64,000 nt of DNA, taken from assembly GCA_963796685.1 (NCBI GenBank), contig CAWCMR010000008.1, positions 160,001 to 224,000 of the forward strand, read 5' to 3'. Positions 36,869 to 47,490 of the stretch are shown in pieces; within the stretch, counting starts at the first letter, position 1; each line of letters begins with the position of its first letter. Made by a program: the position numbers and the translations under genes. A model generated the notes under the pieces. The model made no database searches. It had not been told where the DNA came from and saw only the letters and a program-made list of their open reading frames with translations. The DNA is from an uncultured delta proteobacterium (GTDB lineage: Bacteria; Myxococcota_A; Polyangia; Fen-1088).

Positions 36869-39711
36869 TCAGTCGCCCAGGTCGAGAAAGGTCAGGGCGT
36901 CGACCATCATGGCGTCTTGCTTCGAATGGTTCGCGATGCGAACCCGCACCTCGCCAGAGACCGGTACAGGCAACCGGACCGTCTGCGGCGTGAGGACGTT
37001 CGGAGCGGCGGGCGCGCCGCTGCGACCAAGCTCGAATCCAACCGGCGCCGTCGCGCGCCTCCACGACCACGGAGGTTCCCTTGCCAGGGCCCGCGAGCAA
37101 GACACCAAAGCGGGAACCAGACCAAGGCAAGGGCCCCCAAATCGCCTCGCTGCAAGGCTCCCGGACGCACGGGGGGACGAACAGGAAGGAGCGGCCCTGC
37201 CCGCCCAGCATGGACGCCGGGGGCCGGGACACGAGCCACGTCCGACTGACGTTGTCGAAGTGTAGCGACGGATCGGATGCATTTTCGAAGCCCTGTATGA
37301 GGACGCGCAGAGGATGATTGGGATGGTTCGAGCAAACCAGGTCGGGCATGAGCCGCGAGCGCAGTCCCAGGGCGGCGACCGCTTCGCAGAGCAGGTCCTG
37401 GACCTCGGGCCTGCGCGCAAGACCTCGGCCGAGTGCCACAAGAAGAAGCCTGTCGTACTGCCGCGCCAGCAAGAGCGCACCCAGGCCGGCGCGCGCTTGC
37501 TCGGGCGACGGCTCGCCGGGTTTCAATTCGGTGGCCGACCATGCCAGCGCAATCTCGTCGAAGTAGGTGTGCCGCGATCGTTCGCGGTCGAGGTGCCTGC
37601 GCACCGACGTCGAAATGGGCAGCCCCAGGTCGGGGAACACACGGTAGGCATCGTAGCGATCGTCGGGAGACGCCAGCCCGGAGGCTTCGGCTTCGATCGC
37701 TTCGGCGACCCGCGCACGATCGTCGCGAGAAAGCCCACCCCCGCAAAGACGAGCCACGAGCGCCGTCCCGCGAGCACGGGCTCCGGCGTGGGCGTGCGGA
37801 TCGAGATAGGTGCTCACGTCGCAGCGAGGGCCGGGCTGGCCGGCCAGACGAAAGAGCGGCAGCCGGGTCATGGCCGCCGCGTCGGCCGGTGCGCTCACCA
37901 CGCTCGGCCAATCCGTCAATCGAAGCTCCGTGGGTTCCAGTCGCACGGGCAGCACACCGGCGGGCAATTCAACCATGCCGACGATGGGCGAGCCCACGGG
38001 CCCCGGCTCCACGTCGTGCCCCGTGTGCCACTGCACCGGCCATTCATCCTGATCGGCGTCCTTCACCGTGAGGGTCGGCGGCGCGCCAGAGCCCGTCTGC
38101 AGGGCGTGAACGAACAAGACCCGGCTGTCCGAGCCAAGCGACGAGAAACCGAGGATCCGAATCGAGTCTTGGCTCGCTTGTGCCTCCACCACCGGCGCAG
38201 CAGGCGGATCGACGAGAATCGGCGCGAATCGCGGTTAGCCAGCAAACCTCCAATTGCCGCATGAACGCCGGGCCCATCACGCGAAAGTCGTACCGAAACG
38301 GCGAGAGCGCGTAGAGCGGACGCGCGCCAACCCATCCGCCGTGAACGTGGAAGGTGTCGGGACGTCGCTCCCCGAAGAAATAGTCGACGATTTCGGAAGG
38401 CTGCCGCGTCCACGAATAGCCGAAGACATGGTCGGCGAGGCCGCCTATATCGAGGACATCGACGCCGGGCGGGTAGGACATCCCCCCCACGTCGACATCG
38501 GCGATGAGCAAGGGTCTGCCCAAATCAAGGCGATCCCCAAGGCGGCGGTAGAGGGCACCCACGCTGGAGATCCGTCGCATGTCGACGTCATGATCCTGGG
38601 CGCACGTCTTCACCCGGCTCGCGCGCTCCGCCCATCCGGTCGTGGAGAGAGGCAGGATCGCGACCAGCAGCAACAGGGGGCGCAGCCCGCGCGGACGGCG
38701 GCCAGGTTTGCAACTGCGGGCGGAGAACAGGGCCAGCACGCCGAGCAGGCACAAGGCCCAGTAAGGGCCTTGCAAGGGTTGCATGAAGCGCCAGTGGCGC
38801 ATCCAATCCCCACCGCTGAGAGCGGCAAAGACATTCGCGAAGGCCATTTGCGCAAACGCGGCGAAGGCGACGAGGCGGGTCCTGCCGACGAGGAAGGCAA
38901 AGAGGGGAAGGAAACACAGGAAATAGGCCGTCCCGTTGGCGTTCCAGAATTGGCGTACGTAGTCCGCTCCCGCCCCCCATCGGGTGTCGACATTGATCTT
39001 AGCGAAGTAGGTGTTGGGGACCCATTGCCGAAAGAGGGCAAATCGCAGCAGCAGGATGCAAGCAACGCCGATGCAGAAGATGGCGGCGAGTCGCCAGCGC
39101 CGGCCCGATTGGAACGCGCGAAACGCGACGACGATGCCGCCGTAAACCACGCCTTCGGGCCGAGTCAAGGCCAGCAGCAAGGCCACGATGCCAAGCGCCG
39201 CGTCTCGCCTCCCTTGCAGGGGTGAAACGGCGAGCAAGGCGATGGACAGGATCTGCAGGCCGCACAAGAGCCCGCCTTCGAGGCCCGCCACCAGCCAATG
39301 ATTGAACGCGGGCCAGAGAAATCCGAAGGCGCAGGGCACGGCCAGCCACAGACGCGACAGCGGATCGAGGCGCCGCCAAGCGACGAAGGTCATCGCCAAG
39401 ATTCCACCCAGGACCGCCGCAAGGTTCAGGAATTTGCAGGCCGCGTCCAAGCCCGCACCGGCCCACGCAAAGGGAACCAACAAGAGGACTTCGAGCGGAT
39501 TCGAGAACCCCTCCACCGGACTTGCATTCGGGGTCAGTCTGAAACCATTTCCGTGGGCCAGGTTGTCCGCATAGGCGTACGAGATGGCGGCATCGTCCAC
39601 GGTGAATCCGGCGAAATTCGTGTCCACGTGGCGCGCATAGAGCGCGAGCACCAGCGCGATCAGCGCCGCACTCAAAACCGACGAGACAGGCCGAATCCCG
39701 GGCACGCGCAT
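36869..39711 (-). CDS. GT-C-type membrane glycosyltransferase with a large C-terminal soluble region (frameshifts at about 38218 and 37036)
   Basis: DDAAISY.YA.NLA.G.G...VEGFSNPL, GLEG, LTRPEG, PNTYFAK, GGDWM..WRF, D..GL.D; three ORF pieces join. Confidence 0.75.
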
Positions 39712-39716
39712 GGAAC

Positions 39717-41390
39717 CTAGGTCGCTTCCTGCGCGGGATCCCCGACGCCCGCGACGGGCAATGCCTGCGCGCGACGATGTCCGCGCCAAACTTCGAGCAG
39801 AAAGAGCACGAACATGGCCACGCTCGCGGTCGGAAGGAGGACGATCAGAAACCAGGACAGGCGAGGGAAGGCGCGGTGGTATTCCGTGAACCACCAATCG
39901 ACGCGAGCCCGTGCGTAGGATTCTCGAATGTCGATCTGAAGATTGGTGTATCTGCGCCAGGGGGCATCTTTTTCGGCCCGAACCCAATCGTGCCCGTAGG
40001 GGAGGTGGGTCAGCAGCCAATAGTTTCCCACGATGTGCTGGAAGGGAGGCAACCATTGCAATTGGGAAATGGTTTCGAAACAGACCGGACAGGGAATGGC
40101 CCGGGTGCTACTGCCGTCGCCCGTGTTGTTGGGCGTTCCCAGCCAGGCTCGCGTCGCGTCGGTTTGAATGCGAATGAAATGATCCCAATAGATCGCATTG
40201 CCCAAGTAGGTGACGAAAGCGCCCGACGCGAACACGCCGGCGAGGAGGGTCAGCCCCAGCCAGCGTCGCAGCCTTCGTCCTTGGTTCAGGCACGCCTGGA
40301 CGACGAAACTGGCCGGAAGCAAGAGAACGCCAAGAGCAAACGTCGTGTAGCGCGGTCCCCAGGCATAGTCGCCCGCCCAAGAGATCAGTTGGGCATGGAC
40401 GTAGAGCCCGGGAACGATGGTCAGCGCCATGGCCAGGACGACGTGACGGTGGCTCTTGGCGAAGCGAAGAAGCCCCGCGAACGCAACCAATAGAGGGGGG
40501 CTGTAGAGAAAGATGGATTTTCCCGGCGACAAGAACATCCCCCAAAGGCCGATCAACGGATGCTCGTGGACGCCCGGCCCGGTTTCGATTCCCGAGCTGG
40601 TGATGGCCACGCCGTAGCCGGTGGAGGTGATGCTGCCCCAGCGCAGATAGTTGTAGTCGAGGACCATGGCCGCGAACGGGGCGGCGGACCCGATCGACAC
40701 CAGCGCCACCAGCAGCAGCGCCCGCCGGTCTCGTCGCAATTCCCAAAGCAGAAACAGACCTCCCCCAAGCCCGGTCAGCAAAAAGACCGGCTTGGCGTTC
40801 ACCAGCAGACCGGCCCACACCCCGAGCCACATGGCCTGCCGCCAGGTCGGCCGGTCGCGCACGTCGAGCAGCTTGCAGAAGAACCCCGTGAAACAGAACA
40901 GCTGAAGCGTCTCGGAGTAGGGGTAGCGAGAATAGACCCAGACGGACGACGCCAAGGCCAGCGCCAAGGTTGTCAAGGCGGCCGGAAGGATCGAGGCTCC
41001 CAGGCGCCGGCACAGGGCAAAGAAGAGCAGACACGAAAGCGCGCCGAGAACCGTGGACGCCAAGTGCGAGGTCAGCCGCCAGGCGATCTGCCAATAGGCC
41101 GGGTAGACCTTGGCGATCTGCCGCTGCAGGATGGCCCCCGGAACGTGGATGAGGCTCTGCAGCAGGGGCGCCAGGGCATAGAGATGGCCATCCTTCCCGT
41201 TCGGCAGAGTCATCGGCCAGCGGGTCGTGGCATGTAGGTTGTGCTTGCTGACGATGCTGTCCGCCACCTCCCAGATCGGCGTGGCGTCGCCCCACGGGCG
41301 CGCGCTGCTGGTCGAAAACAGGTACAGACAGAGAATGGCGCCGAACAACCACAACTGGCCGAGCCAGGGAAATGCTGGTCCACGTTCCAT
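39717..41390 (-). CDS. GT-C (PMT/ArnT-like) membrane glycosyltransferase
   Basis: Many TM helices, GD in the first loop, YN..RWG......GY, SPGKS.F.YSP, W.G..AWGPRY. Confidence 0.75.
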   Translation of the reverse strand: MERGPAFPWLGQLWLFGAILCLYLFSTSSARPWGDATPIWEVADSIVSKHNLHATTRWPMTLPNGKDGHLYALAPLLQSLIHVPGAILQRQIAKVYPAYWQIAWRLTSHLASTVLGALSCLLFFALCRRLGASILPAALTTLALALASSVWVYSRYPYSETLQLFCFTGFFCKLLDVRDRPTWRQAMWLGVWAGLLVNAKPVFLLTGLGGGLFLLWELRRDRRALLLVALVSIGSAAPFAAMVLDYNYLRWGSITSTGYGVAITSSGIETGPGVHEHPLIGLWGMFLSPGKSIFLYSPPLLVAFAGLLRFAKSHRHVVLAMALTIVPGLYVHAQLISWAGDYAWGPRYTTFALGVLLLPASFVVQACLNQGRRLRRWLGLTLLAGVFASGAFVTYLGNAIYWDHFIRIQTDATRAWLGTPNNTGDGSSTRAIPCPVCFETISQLQWLPPFQHIVGNYWLLTHLPYGHDWVRAEKDAPWRRYTNLQIDIRESYARARVDWWFTEYHRAFPRLSWFLIVLLPTASVAMFVLFLLEVWRGHRRAQALPVAGVGDPAQEAT

Positions 41391-41466
41391 GGGCGCGGGG
41401 ATGATACTCGTGGCTCGCTGGACCCGCTAGCGCATCGGTTTTTCCCATGTGCTATTTTGCCGTGCC

Positions 41467-42384
41467 GTGGACAAACCGGTCGTCATCGTCAACCCGCGCT
41501 CGGGCGGTGGGCTCAGCGAAAAACGCTGGGCGGGGGTGGTCGGCGCGATCTCGGATGGGTTGGGTGTGTTCGACACTCGCTTCACCGAGGCGCCCGGACA
41601 CGCTCGCACCCTGGCGCACGAGGAAGCCAAGCAGGGACGCAAGTTGGTCGTGGCCTTGGGTGGCGATGGCACGATCTCCGAAGTGGCCGACGGCTTGGTG
41701 GCAGCAGGAGGCGACACCGAGATGGGCATCATTCCCCGAGGAACCGGGGGCGACTTTCGCCGCAGTCTCGGCATCGAGAACGAGCTCTTCAGCGCCGCGG
41801 AGCACGTGCGCAAAAGCAAGCCCCGCAGCGTGGATGTGGGCAAGGTTACCTTCATGACCCATGACGGCACGGAAGCTTCTCGCCACTTCGTGAACGTGAC
41901 CTCGGTGGGATTTTCAAGCGTGGTGGCCGAGCGGGCCAATCGAGGCTCCAAACGGCTGGGCGGCCGGATCTCGTTCCTCTCCGCCGTGGCAAGCTCGCTG
42001 CTGACCTACGACAACACCGAGCTCGCGATCTCGGTCGACGATGGCGATGCGCGTCACATGACCCTGTTGCTGGCGGCTGTCGGCAACGGGCGGTTCTTCG
42101 GGGGCGGCATGAAGATTTGCCCCGAGGCCCTCCTCGACGATGGCCGTTTCGATCTCGTCACCGTCGGAGACCTTGGACGTCTGGAGGTCCTGGCCAAGAT
42201 CCATCGCATCTATTCGGGCAATCACCTGGCCATGAAGGAGGTGAGATCGGTGCGTTGCCGTCGAGTGCGACTGGCCCCGGTTGATGCCAAGGCCGAGATT
42301 CCCCTGGAGATCGACGGGGAGACTCCGGGGCGTCTGCCTGCCACGCTGGAGATCCTGGAGGGCGCACTGCGTCTTCGCGGGTAG
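41467..42384 (+). CDS. Diacylglycerol-kinase-family lipid kinase (YegS/BmrU)
   Basis: VNPRSGGG, GGDGT..EV, P.GTGGDF, NGRFFGGG, DGE. Confidence 0.93.
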   Translation: MDKPVVIVNPRSGGGLSEKRWAGVVGAISDGLGVFDTRFTEAPGHARTLAHEEAKQGRKLVVALGGDGTISEVADGLVAAGGDTEMGIIPRGTGGDFRRSLGIENELFSAAEHVRKSKPRSVDVGKVTFMTHDGTEASRHFVNVTSVGFSSVVAERANRGSKRLGGRISFLSAVASSLLTYDNTELAISVDDGDARHMTLLLAAVGNGRFFGGGMKICPEALLDDGRFDLVTVGDLGRLEVLAKIHRIYSGNHLAMKEVRSVRCRRVRLAPVDAKAEIPLEIDGETPGRLPATLEILEGALRLRG

Positions 42385-42531
42385 CCATGACCGCCGGTCC
42401 TGTTGGCGCTGGCGAACCGCTACATCGAATACCGTTGGGGCGATGGAGAGAGCTCCGACACCAGACTGGCCCTTGAAGGTCGCCCGAGCTTGGTGCTACG
42501 GTGGCCCCGCTGTCCAGTAGGACGGCCCCCT

Positions 42532-43035
42532 ATGCAAATTCACCTCGCGAAGTCCGACATCACCGAGATGGCTGTCGATGCCGTGGTCAGTCCCGCGAAT
42601 TCGCTCGGCATCATGGGGGGAGGTGTAGCCGCCGCTCTTTCGCGCAAGGGCGGCCCACTCATCCAACGCGAAGCCATGTCCCTGGCGCCCATCGCCGTCG
42701 GCGCCGCCGTCGTGACCAACGCCGGCACGCTGTGGGCGAAACACATCATCCACGCCCCCACCATGGAGGAGCCAGGCCTCAAGGTCACCGTCGAGAGCGT
42801 CCGCCGCGCCACCCGCGCCGCCCTCCTCGCCGCCAGCCAGCGCAGCTTCGATGTCATCGCCATCCCTGGGCTGGGCACCGGTCTGGGTGGAGCCGATCCC
42901 GCGGATGCCGCGCGCGCCATGGTCAACGAGCTTCGCGCGCACAAGCAGCCGCACCCATCCACCGTGTGGCTGGTCGACGTGAACGACCAAATCCTCGCCC
43001 ACCTGGAAGAGGCGCTGCAGACGACCGCGCCGTAA
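42532..43035 (+). CDS. Macro-domain (ADP-ribose-binding) protein
   Basis: DIT...VDAVV.PANS.G.MGGGVA.A, IIHAPTM, IAIPGLGTG.GG. Confidence 0.92.
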   Translation: MQIHLAKSDITEMAVDAVVSPANSLGIMGGGVAAALSRKGGPLIQREAMSLAPIAVGAAVVTNAGTLWAKHIIHAPTMEEPGLKVTVESVRRATRAALLAASQRSFDVIAIPGLGTGLGGADPADAARAMVNELRAHKQPHPSTVWLVDVNDQILAHLEEALQTTAP

Positions 43036-43075
43036 CTGCGAGTCCGACCGAGAACCAACCCCGAAGGAGGTTTGC

Positions 43076-43897
43076 GTGAAGATCCTTGTACCCTGTAAAC
43101 GCGTTCCCAATCCCGAGCTCAAGCTGAAGATCGCCGGCGGCGCTGTCGAGCTCGGCGACACCACTTGGCAGGTGAACCCATTCGACGAGTACGCGGTGGA
43201 AACGGCGCTGCGCCTGACCGAAAAGAGCAAGGGCGGCGAGCGCTCGGGCGAGGTGGTCTTGATCAGCATCGGGCCCAAGGACACCTCGACGCAGCTTCGG
43301 CAGCTCTTGGCCATGGGCGCGGATCGCGGCATCCTCGTCGCCGGTGACGACGCGGCCCTGGACGCGGACCTGGTGGCGCGAACCCTGAAGGCCGTGGTGG
43401 AAACCGAAAAGCCCGACATCGTGGTCATGGGCAAGCAAGCGGTCGACGGCGACGACAACCAAGTCGGACAGCTGCTCGCCGGCTACCTGGGCTGGCCGCA
43501 GGCCACCTTTCTGTCGACCATCGCCCTGGCCGCCGACGGCAAGTCGGCCACGGTGTCGCGCGAAGTGGACACCGGCGTAGAGGAACGCCGCGTGCGCCTG
43601 CCCGCCGTCACGACCGTCGACCTGCGCATCATCGGCAAGAAGGCCGTGCGCAACGAGGCGCTCTCGGGTCCCGAGGTCGAGTGGGAAGACACGCAACGCC
43701 TGGCCTCGCTCAAGGGAATCATGGCCGCGAAGAAGAAGGAACTGAAGGAAGTCACCGCCGAATCGCTCGGAGTGACAGGGGGCATCCTGGTCAAGACCCT
43801 GCGCCACGAGAACCCGCCCGCACGCAAGGCCGGCATCAAGGTGGCCTCGGTCGAGGAATTGGTTTCCAAGCTGCACACGGAAGCGAAGGTGATCTGA
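43076..43897 (+). CDS. etfB: Electron transfer flavoprotein beta subunit
   Basis: MKILV..KRVP, NPFDEYAVE.AL, LAMGADRG, GKQA.DGD..QVG. Confidence 0.95.
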   Translation: MKILVPCKRVPNPELKLKIAGGAVELGDTTWQVNPFDEYAVETALRLTEKSKGGERSGEVVLISIGPKDTSTQLRQLLAMGADRGILVAGDDAALDADLVARTLKAVVETEKPDIVVMGKQAVDGDDNQVGQLLAGYLGWPQATFLSTIALAADGKSATVSREVDTGVEERRVRLPAVTTVDLRIIGKKAVRNEALSGPEVEWEDTQRLASLKGIMAAKKKELKEVTAESLGVTGGILVKTLRHENPPARKAGIKVASVEELVSKLHTEAKVI

Positions 43898-44865
43898 TGT
43901 CCGCAACGCTCGTTCTTCTCGAAACGACTTCCTCCAACCTGCGCTCGTCGTCGCTGCCCGCCGTGACCGCCGCGCGCGCATTGGCCAAGCACCACGGCGG
44001 ACCGGTCGTTGGCGTCGTCATCGGCGCCGGCGTGGCCGCCGCCGCCTCGGACGCGGCCCGCTTCGTCGACAAGGTGCTGTGCTACGACAACCCGGCCCTC
44101 TCGGCGGCCCTGGCCGAGACGTGGGCGCCGCTCATCGCAAGCGCGGTCAAGGAAATCGGCGCCACGGCCTTGGTCGCCTCGGCGACTTCGACGGGCAAGG
44201 ATGTCCTTCCCCGCGCGGCGGCCCTGCTGGGCGCGGGCATGGCCAGCGACGTGGTGGCCGTGCTCGGCGGCAAGTCCTTCCGCCGGCCGACCTATGCCGG
44301 GAACGCCCTCACCGACGTCGAGGTCACGACCGCCGTCGTGGCATGCACCGCGCGCCAGACCGAATTCGCCCCGGCGGCACCGGCCGCGAGCGCCGGCCCC
44401 GTCGACAGCAAGACCGTTGGTGCCGTCGATGCCTTGGGCAGCGAATTCGTGGCCCTGCACGCCACCAAGAGCGCGCGCCCCGATTTGGCCGAGGCCAAGG
44501 TCGTGGTGGCCGGTGGACGCGGCATGAAGGAAGCCGCCAACTTCAAGGTGCTGGAGGAGCTGACCGATCTGCTCGGCGGTGCGCTCGGTGCCAGCCGCGC
44601 GGCCTGCGACGCGGGCATGGTGCCCAACGACCTGCAAGTCGGCCAAACCGGCAAGGTCGTCGCCCCCGAGCTCTACTTCGCGGTGGCGCTCTCGGGCGCC
44701 ATCCAACACCTGGCCGGCATGAAGAGCTCGAAGGTCATCGTGGCCATCAACAAGGATCCCGAGGCACCCATCTTCCAGACCGCGGACTACGGCCTGGTGG
44801 CCACCTGGGAATCCGCGCTTCCGTCGCTCATCGCCGAGATCAAGAAGATCAAGGCGGCATCGTAG
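43897..44865 (+). CDS. etfA: Electron transfer flavoprotein alpha subunit
   Basis: [33 protein letters not shown]; TGATG coupling with etfB. Confidence 0.96.
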   Translation: MSATLVLLETTSSNLRSSSLPAVTAARALAKHHGGPVVGVVIGAGVAAAASDAARFVDKVLCYDNPALSAALAETWAPLIASAVKEIGATALVASATSTGKDVLPRAAALLGAGMASDVVAVLGGKSFRRPTYAGNALTDVEVTTAVVACTARQTEFAPAAPAASAGPVDSKTVGAVDALGSEFVALHATKSARPDLAEAKVVVAGGRGMKEAANFKVLEELTDLLGGALGASRAACDAGMVPNDLQVGQTGKVVAPELYFAVALSGAIQHLAGMKSSKVIVAINKDPEAPIFQTADYGLVATWESALPSLIAEIKKIKAAS

Positions 44866-44920
44866 CGGCGGCGCGCCGGATGTCTCGTGACAGGCGCGTC
44901 GGCCGTGGTAAGCCCACAGG

Positions 44921-45349
44921 GTGACGCGCTCCGATCTGCTCGGGTTTCTTCGCCAGCACAGGCTCGCGGTCGAGGCGTCGATGGCGCCGGACGGGCGGCC
45001 GCAAGCCGCGGTGGTTGGATTCGCCGTGAGCGACCTCCTCGAGCTCGTGTTCGACACCGTCACGACCTCGCGCAAGTATCAGAACCTGCGTCGCGATCCG
45101 CGCATCGCCCTGGTCATCGGCTGGGACGGAGAGGTCACGACGCAGGTCGAGGGCATGGCCGATTTTCCAAGCGGCGACGAGCTACTGCGCATTCGAGAGT
45201 GCTATTTCGCGGCGTACCCAGACGGCCGCGAGCGCCTGAGCTGGCCCGGCATCACGCACGTGCGGATTCGTCCCACATGGATCCGTTTCAGCGATTTCAC
45301 GAAGGATCCGCCATCCATCGTGGAGATGGACATCGCGCAGCTCGGGTAG
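44921..45349 (+). CDS. Pyridoxamine 5'-phosphate oxidase-like flavin-binding protein
   Basis: DG.PQAA.V, SRKY.NL.RDPR.AL, Q.EG.A. Confidence 0.85.
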   Translation: MTRSDLLGFLRQHRLAVEASMAPDGRPQAAVVGFAVSDLLELVFDTVTTSRKYQNLRRDPRIALVIGWDGEVTTQVEGMADFPSGDELLRIRECYFAAYPDGRERLSWPGITHVRIRPTWIRFSDFTKDPPSIVEMDIAQLG

Positions 45350-45409
45350 CGCCGGGGCGCCGGCCACACATTCCGTCACCTTGTCCGTCACGTCGGCCTT
45401 TGCCGTTGT

Positions 45410-46393
45410 ATGATTAGCCCGATGAGCCGACTTATGGCGGCCGAGCAGGTGAAGAGCGTGGCTGAGTCCATCGACCGGCTGGAGCGCAATGTTGCGCGCG
45501 TCATCCGGGGCAAGCCAGAGGCCATTCGCAATTGCGTGCTCGCGCTCTTGGCCCGCGGTCACCTGCTGATCGAGGACGTCCCCGGCGTGGGCAAGACCAC
45601 GCTCGCGCGCGCTCTGGCCGCCTCCATCGGCGGCACCTTCCACCGCATTCAATTCACCAGCGACCTTCTGCCGTCGGACATCATCGGGGTGTCGGTCCTG
45701 GTGGGCGCCAAGTTCGAGTTCAAGCCCGGACCGCTGTTCGCCAACGTCGTGCTGGCCGACGAGATCAACCGCACCACGCCGCGCACGCAGAGTGCCTTGC
45801 TGGAGGCCATGAACGACAGCCAGGTCACCGTCGACGGCGTCGGCCATCCGCTCGAGCAACCGTTTCTGGTCGTGGCCACGCAAAATCCCGAAGAGCACTA
45901 CGGCACCTACCCCTTGCCCGAATCGCAGATGGATCGCTTCGCCTTGCGCATCCGGCTCGACTATCCCTCGGCCGAGGTCGAACAGTCGCTGCTGCTCGAA
46001 GCGCCGGCGCTGACCGAGGAAGCCCTGGCCAAAATCGAGGCCGTGGTCTCGCTGAGCGAGATCGTCGCGCTTCAGGAAGCCGCCGCGCGCGTCCATCTTT
46101 CCCCCGAGCTGGCCGGCTACATCGTCGAGGTCGCGCGTGAAACCCGACGCTCGCCCTTCCTTTCCCTCGGCCTCTCGCCGCGCGGGGAGCTGGCCTGGCG
46201 CAACCTGGCCCGGGCCGCAGCCCTGGTCGCCGGACGCGGCTTCGTGCTGCCCGACGATCTCAAGGCGCTGGCCCTGCCCGCCCTGGCACACCGCCTGGTC
46301 TTGGCCAACCAACTCGATTCGACCGGCCGCGCGCGCGACGAGGCCGAGCGCATCGTCACCGACGTGCTCGGTCGCGTACCGATCCCGGCGTAG
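45410..46393 (+). CDS. MoxR-family AAA+ ATPase
   Basis: GHLLIEDVPGVGKT, RIQFT.DLLPSD, LADEINR, ATQNP, GTYPLPE.Q.DRF. Confidence 0.96.
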   Translation: MISPMSRLMAAEQVKSVAESIDRLERNVARVIRGKPEAIRNCVLALLARGHLLIEDVPGVGKTTLARALAASIGGTFHRIQFTSDLLPSDIIGVSVLVGAKFEFKPGPLFANVVLADEINRTTPRTQSALLEAMNDSQVTVDGVGHPLEQPFLVVATQNPEEHYGTYPLPESQMDRFALRIRLDYPSAEVEQSLLLEAPALTEEALAKIEAVVSLSEIVALQEAAARVHLSPELAGYIVEVARETRRSPFLSLGLSPRGELAWRNLARAAALVAGRGFVLPDDLKALALPALAHRLVLANQLDSTGRARDEAERIVTDVLGRVPIPA

Positions 46394-46410
46394 GTGAGGC
46401 CGGCATCGAC

Positions 46411-47490
46411 ATGGCGGGCCTTCGTTCGCGTCTCAGGCGCTGGTTTCGGCCCCCGCGCAAGTTCAGACTGACCCGCGAGGGCAAGTGGTTCATCGGCGCC
46501 ACGCTGGTGCTGGGATTCGCTGCCGTCAACGGCGGCATCAACTTGCTCTTCCTCGTCTTCGGCATGCTGCTTTGTTTGCTGGTGGCCAACGGCATCCTGG
46601 CCGAGGCCTCCATGCGTCACCTGGAGGCGCAACGGCAGTTGCCCCACGCCATCTATGCCGACAGCCCCTTTCTCATGGGCATCGCCGTGCGCAACCGAAA
46701 GCACCGAATCGCCACCTTCTCCCTCGAGGTCGAGGATCTCTCCGCGGATCGTACCCCTGTCGACCGACGCTGCTTCTTCCTCAAGATCCCGGCCCACCGC
46801 CGGCAAGAGACGTCCTACCGGCGGACCCTGACACGTCGAGGGATCCATCGCCTGACCGGCCTGCGCCTGTCCACGCGGTTTCCCTTCGGGCTTCTGCGCC
46901 GGTCCATCGACGTGGAGTCGCCGGCCGAGCTGCTGGTGTACCCCGCCCTGATTCCAACCGACGACCTGACCTTGCGCACGGGCCTTTCGCGCCTGGGCGA
47001 GAAACAGACAGCGGCCCGCGCACGCAGCGGGGAATTTCACGGCCTGCGCGAGCTGCGCCCCGGCGACGACCCCAGCAGCATCCACTGGCGCACCTCCGCG
47101 CGCCGAGGTCGCCCCTTCGTGCGCGAGTTCGAGGAAGAGGCCGGGCGCACGGTCGTCATCGTGCTCGAGACCGCCGTCGAACCCGGCGCCGACGAAGCCT
47201 TCGAAACCGCGGTCTCCTATGCCGCGTCGCTGGCGCTGGTGCTGATCCGGCGCGGACTTCGCGTGGGGCTCGTGGCGGGTGCCTTCGGCATCGCGCCCGA
47301 GACCGGCGGGGCGCAAGGCGGCCAGATTCTGCGCGCGCTGGCCATGGTCGAGCCGGCCGCCAACAGCCAAAACGTAGGGGACAGACCGGCCTGGGCCGGG
47401 CCCGGAGCAACCACCTTGACCGTCGTGCCGGCGCCCGGTCGTCCGCGCGTCGAGGTGGGCGCCGGCGGTGCGATGCGGAGGATGGCGTGA
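46411..47490 (+). CDS. DUF58 domain protein
   Basis: N-terminal TMs, FPFGL, VYP, EF.GLRE.RPGDD...IHWR.SAR. Confidence 0.92.
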   Translation: MAGLRSRLRRWFRPPRKFRLTREGKWFIGATLVLGFAAVNGGINLLFLVFGMLLCLLVANGILAEASMRHLEAQRQLPHAIYADSPFLMGIAVRNRKHRIATFSLEVEDLSADRTPVDRRCFFLKIPAHRRQETSYRRTLTRRGIHRLTGLRLSTRFPFGLLRRSIDVESPAELLVYPALIPTDDLTLRTGLSRLGEKQTAARARSGEFHGLRELRPGDDPSSIHWRTSARRGRPFVREFEEEAGRTVVIVLETAVEPGADEAFETAVSYAASLALVLIRRGLRVGLVAGAFGIAPETGGAQGGQILRALAMVEPAANSQNVGDRPAWAGPGATTLTVVPAPGRPRVEVGAGGAMRRMA

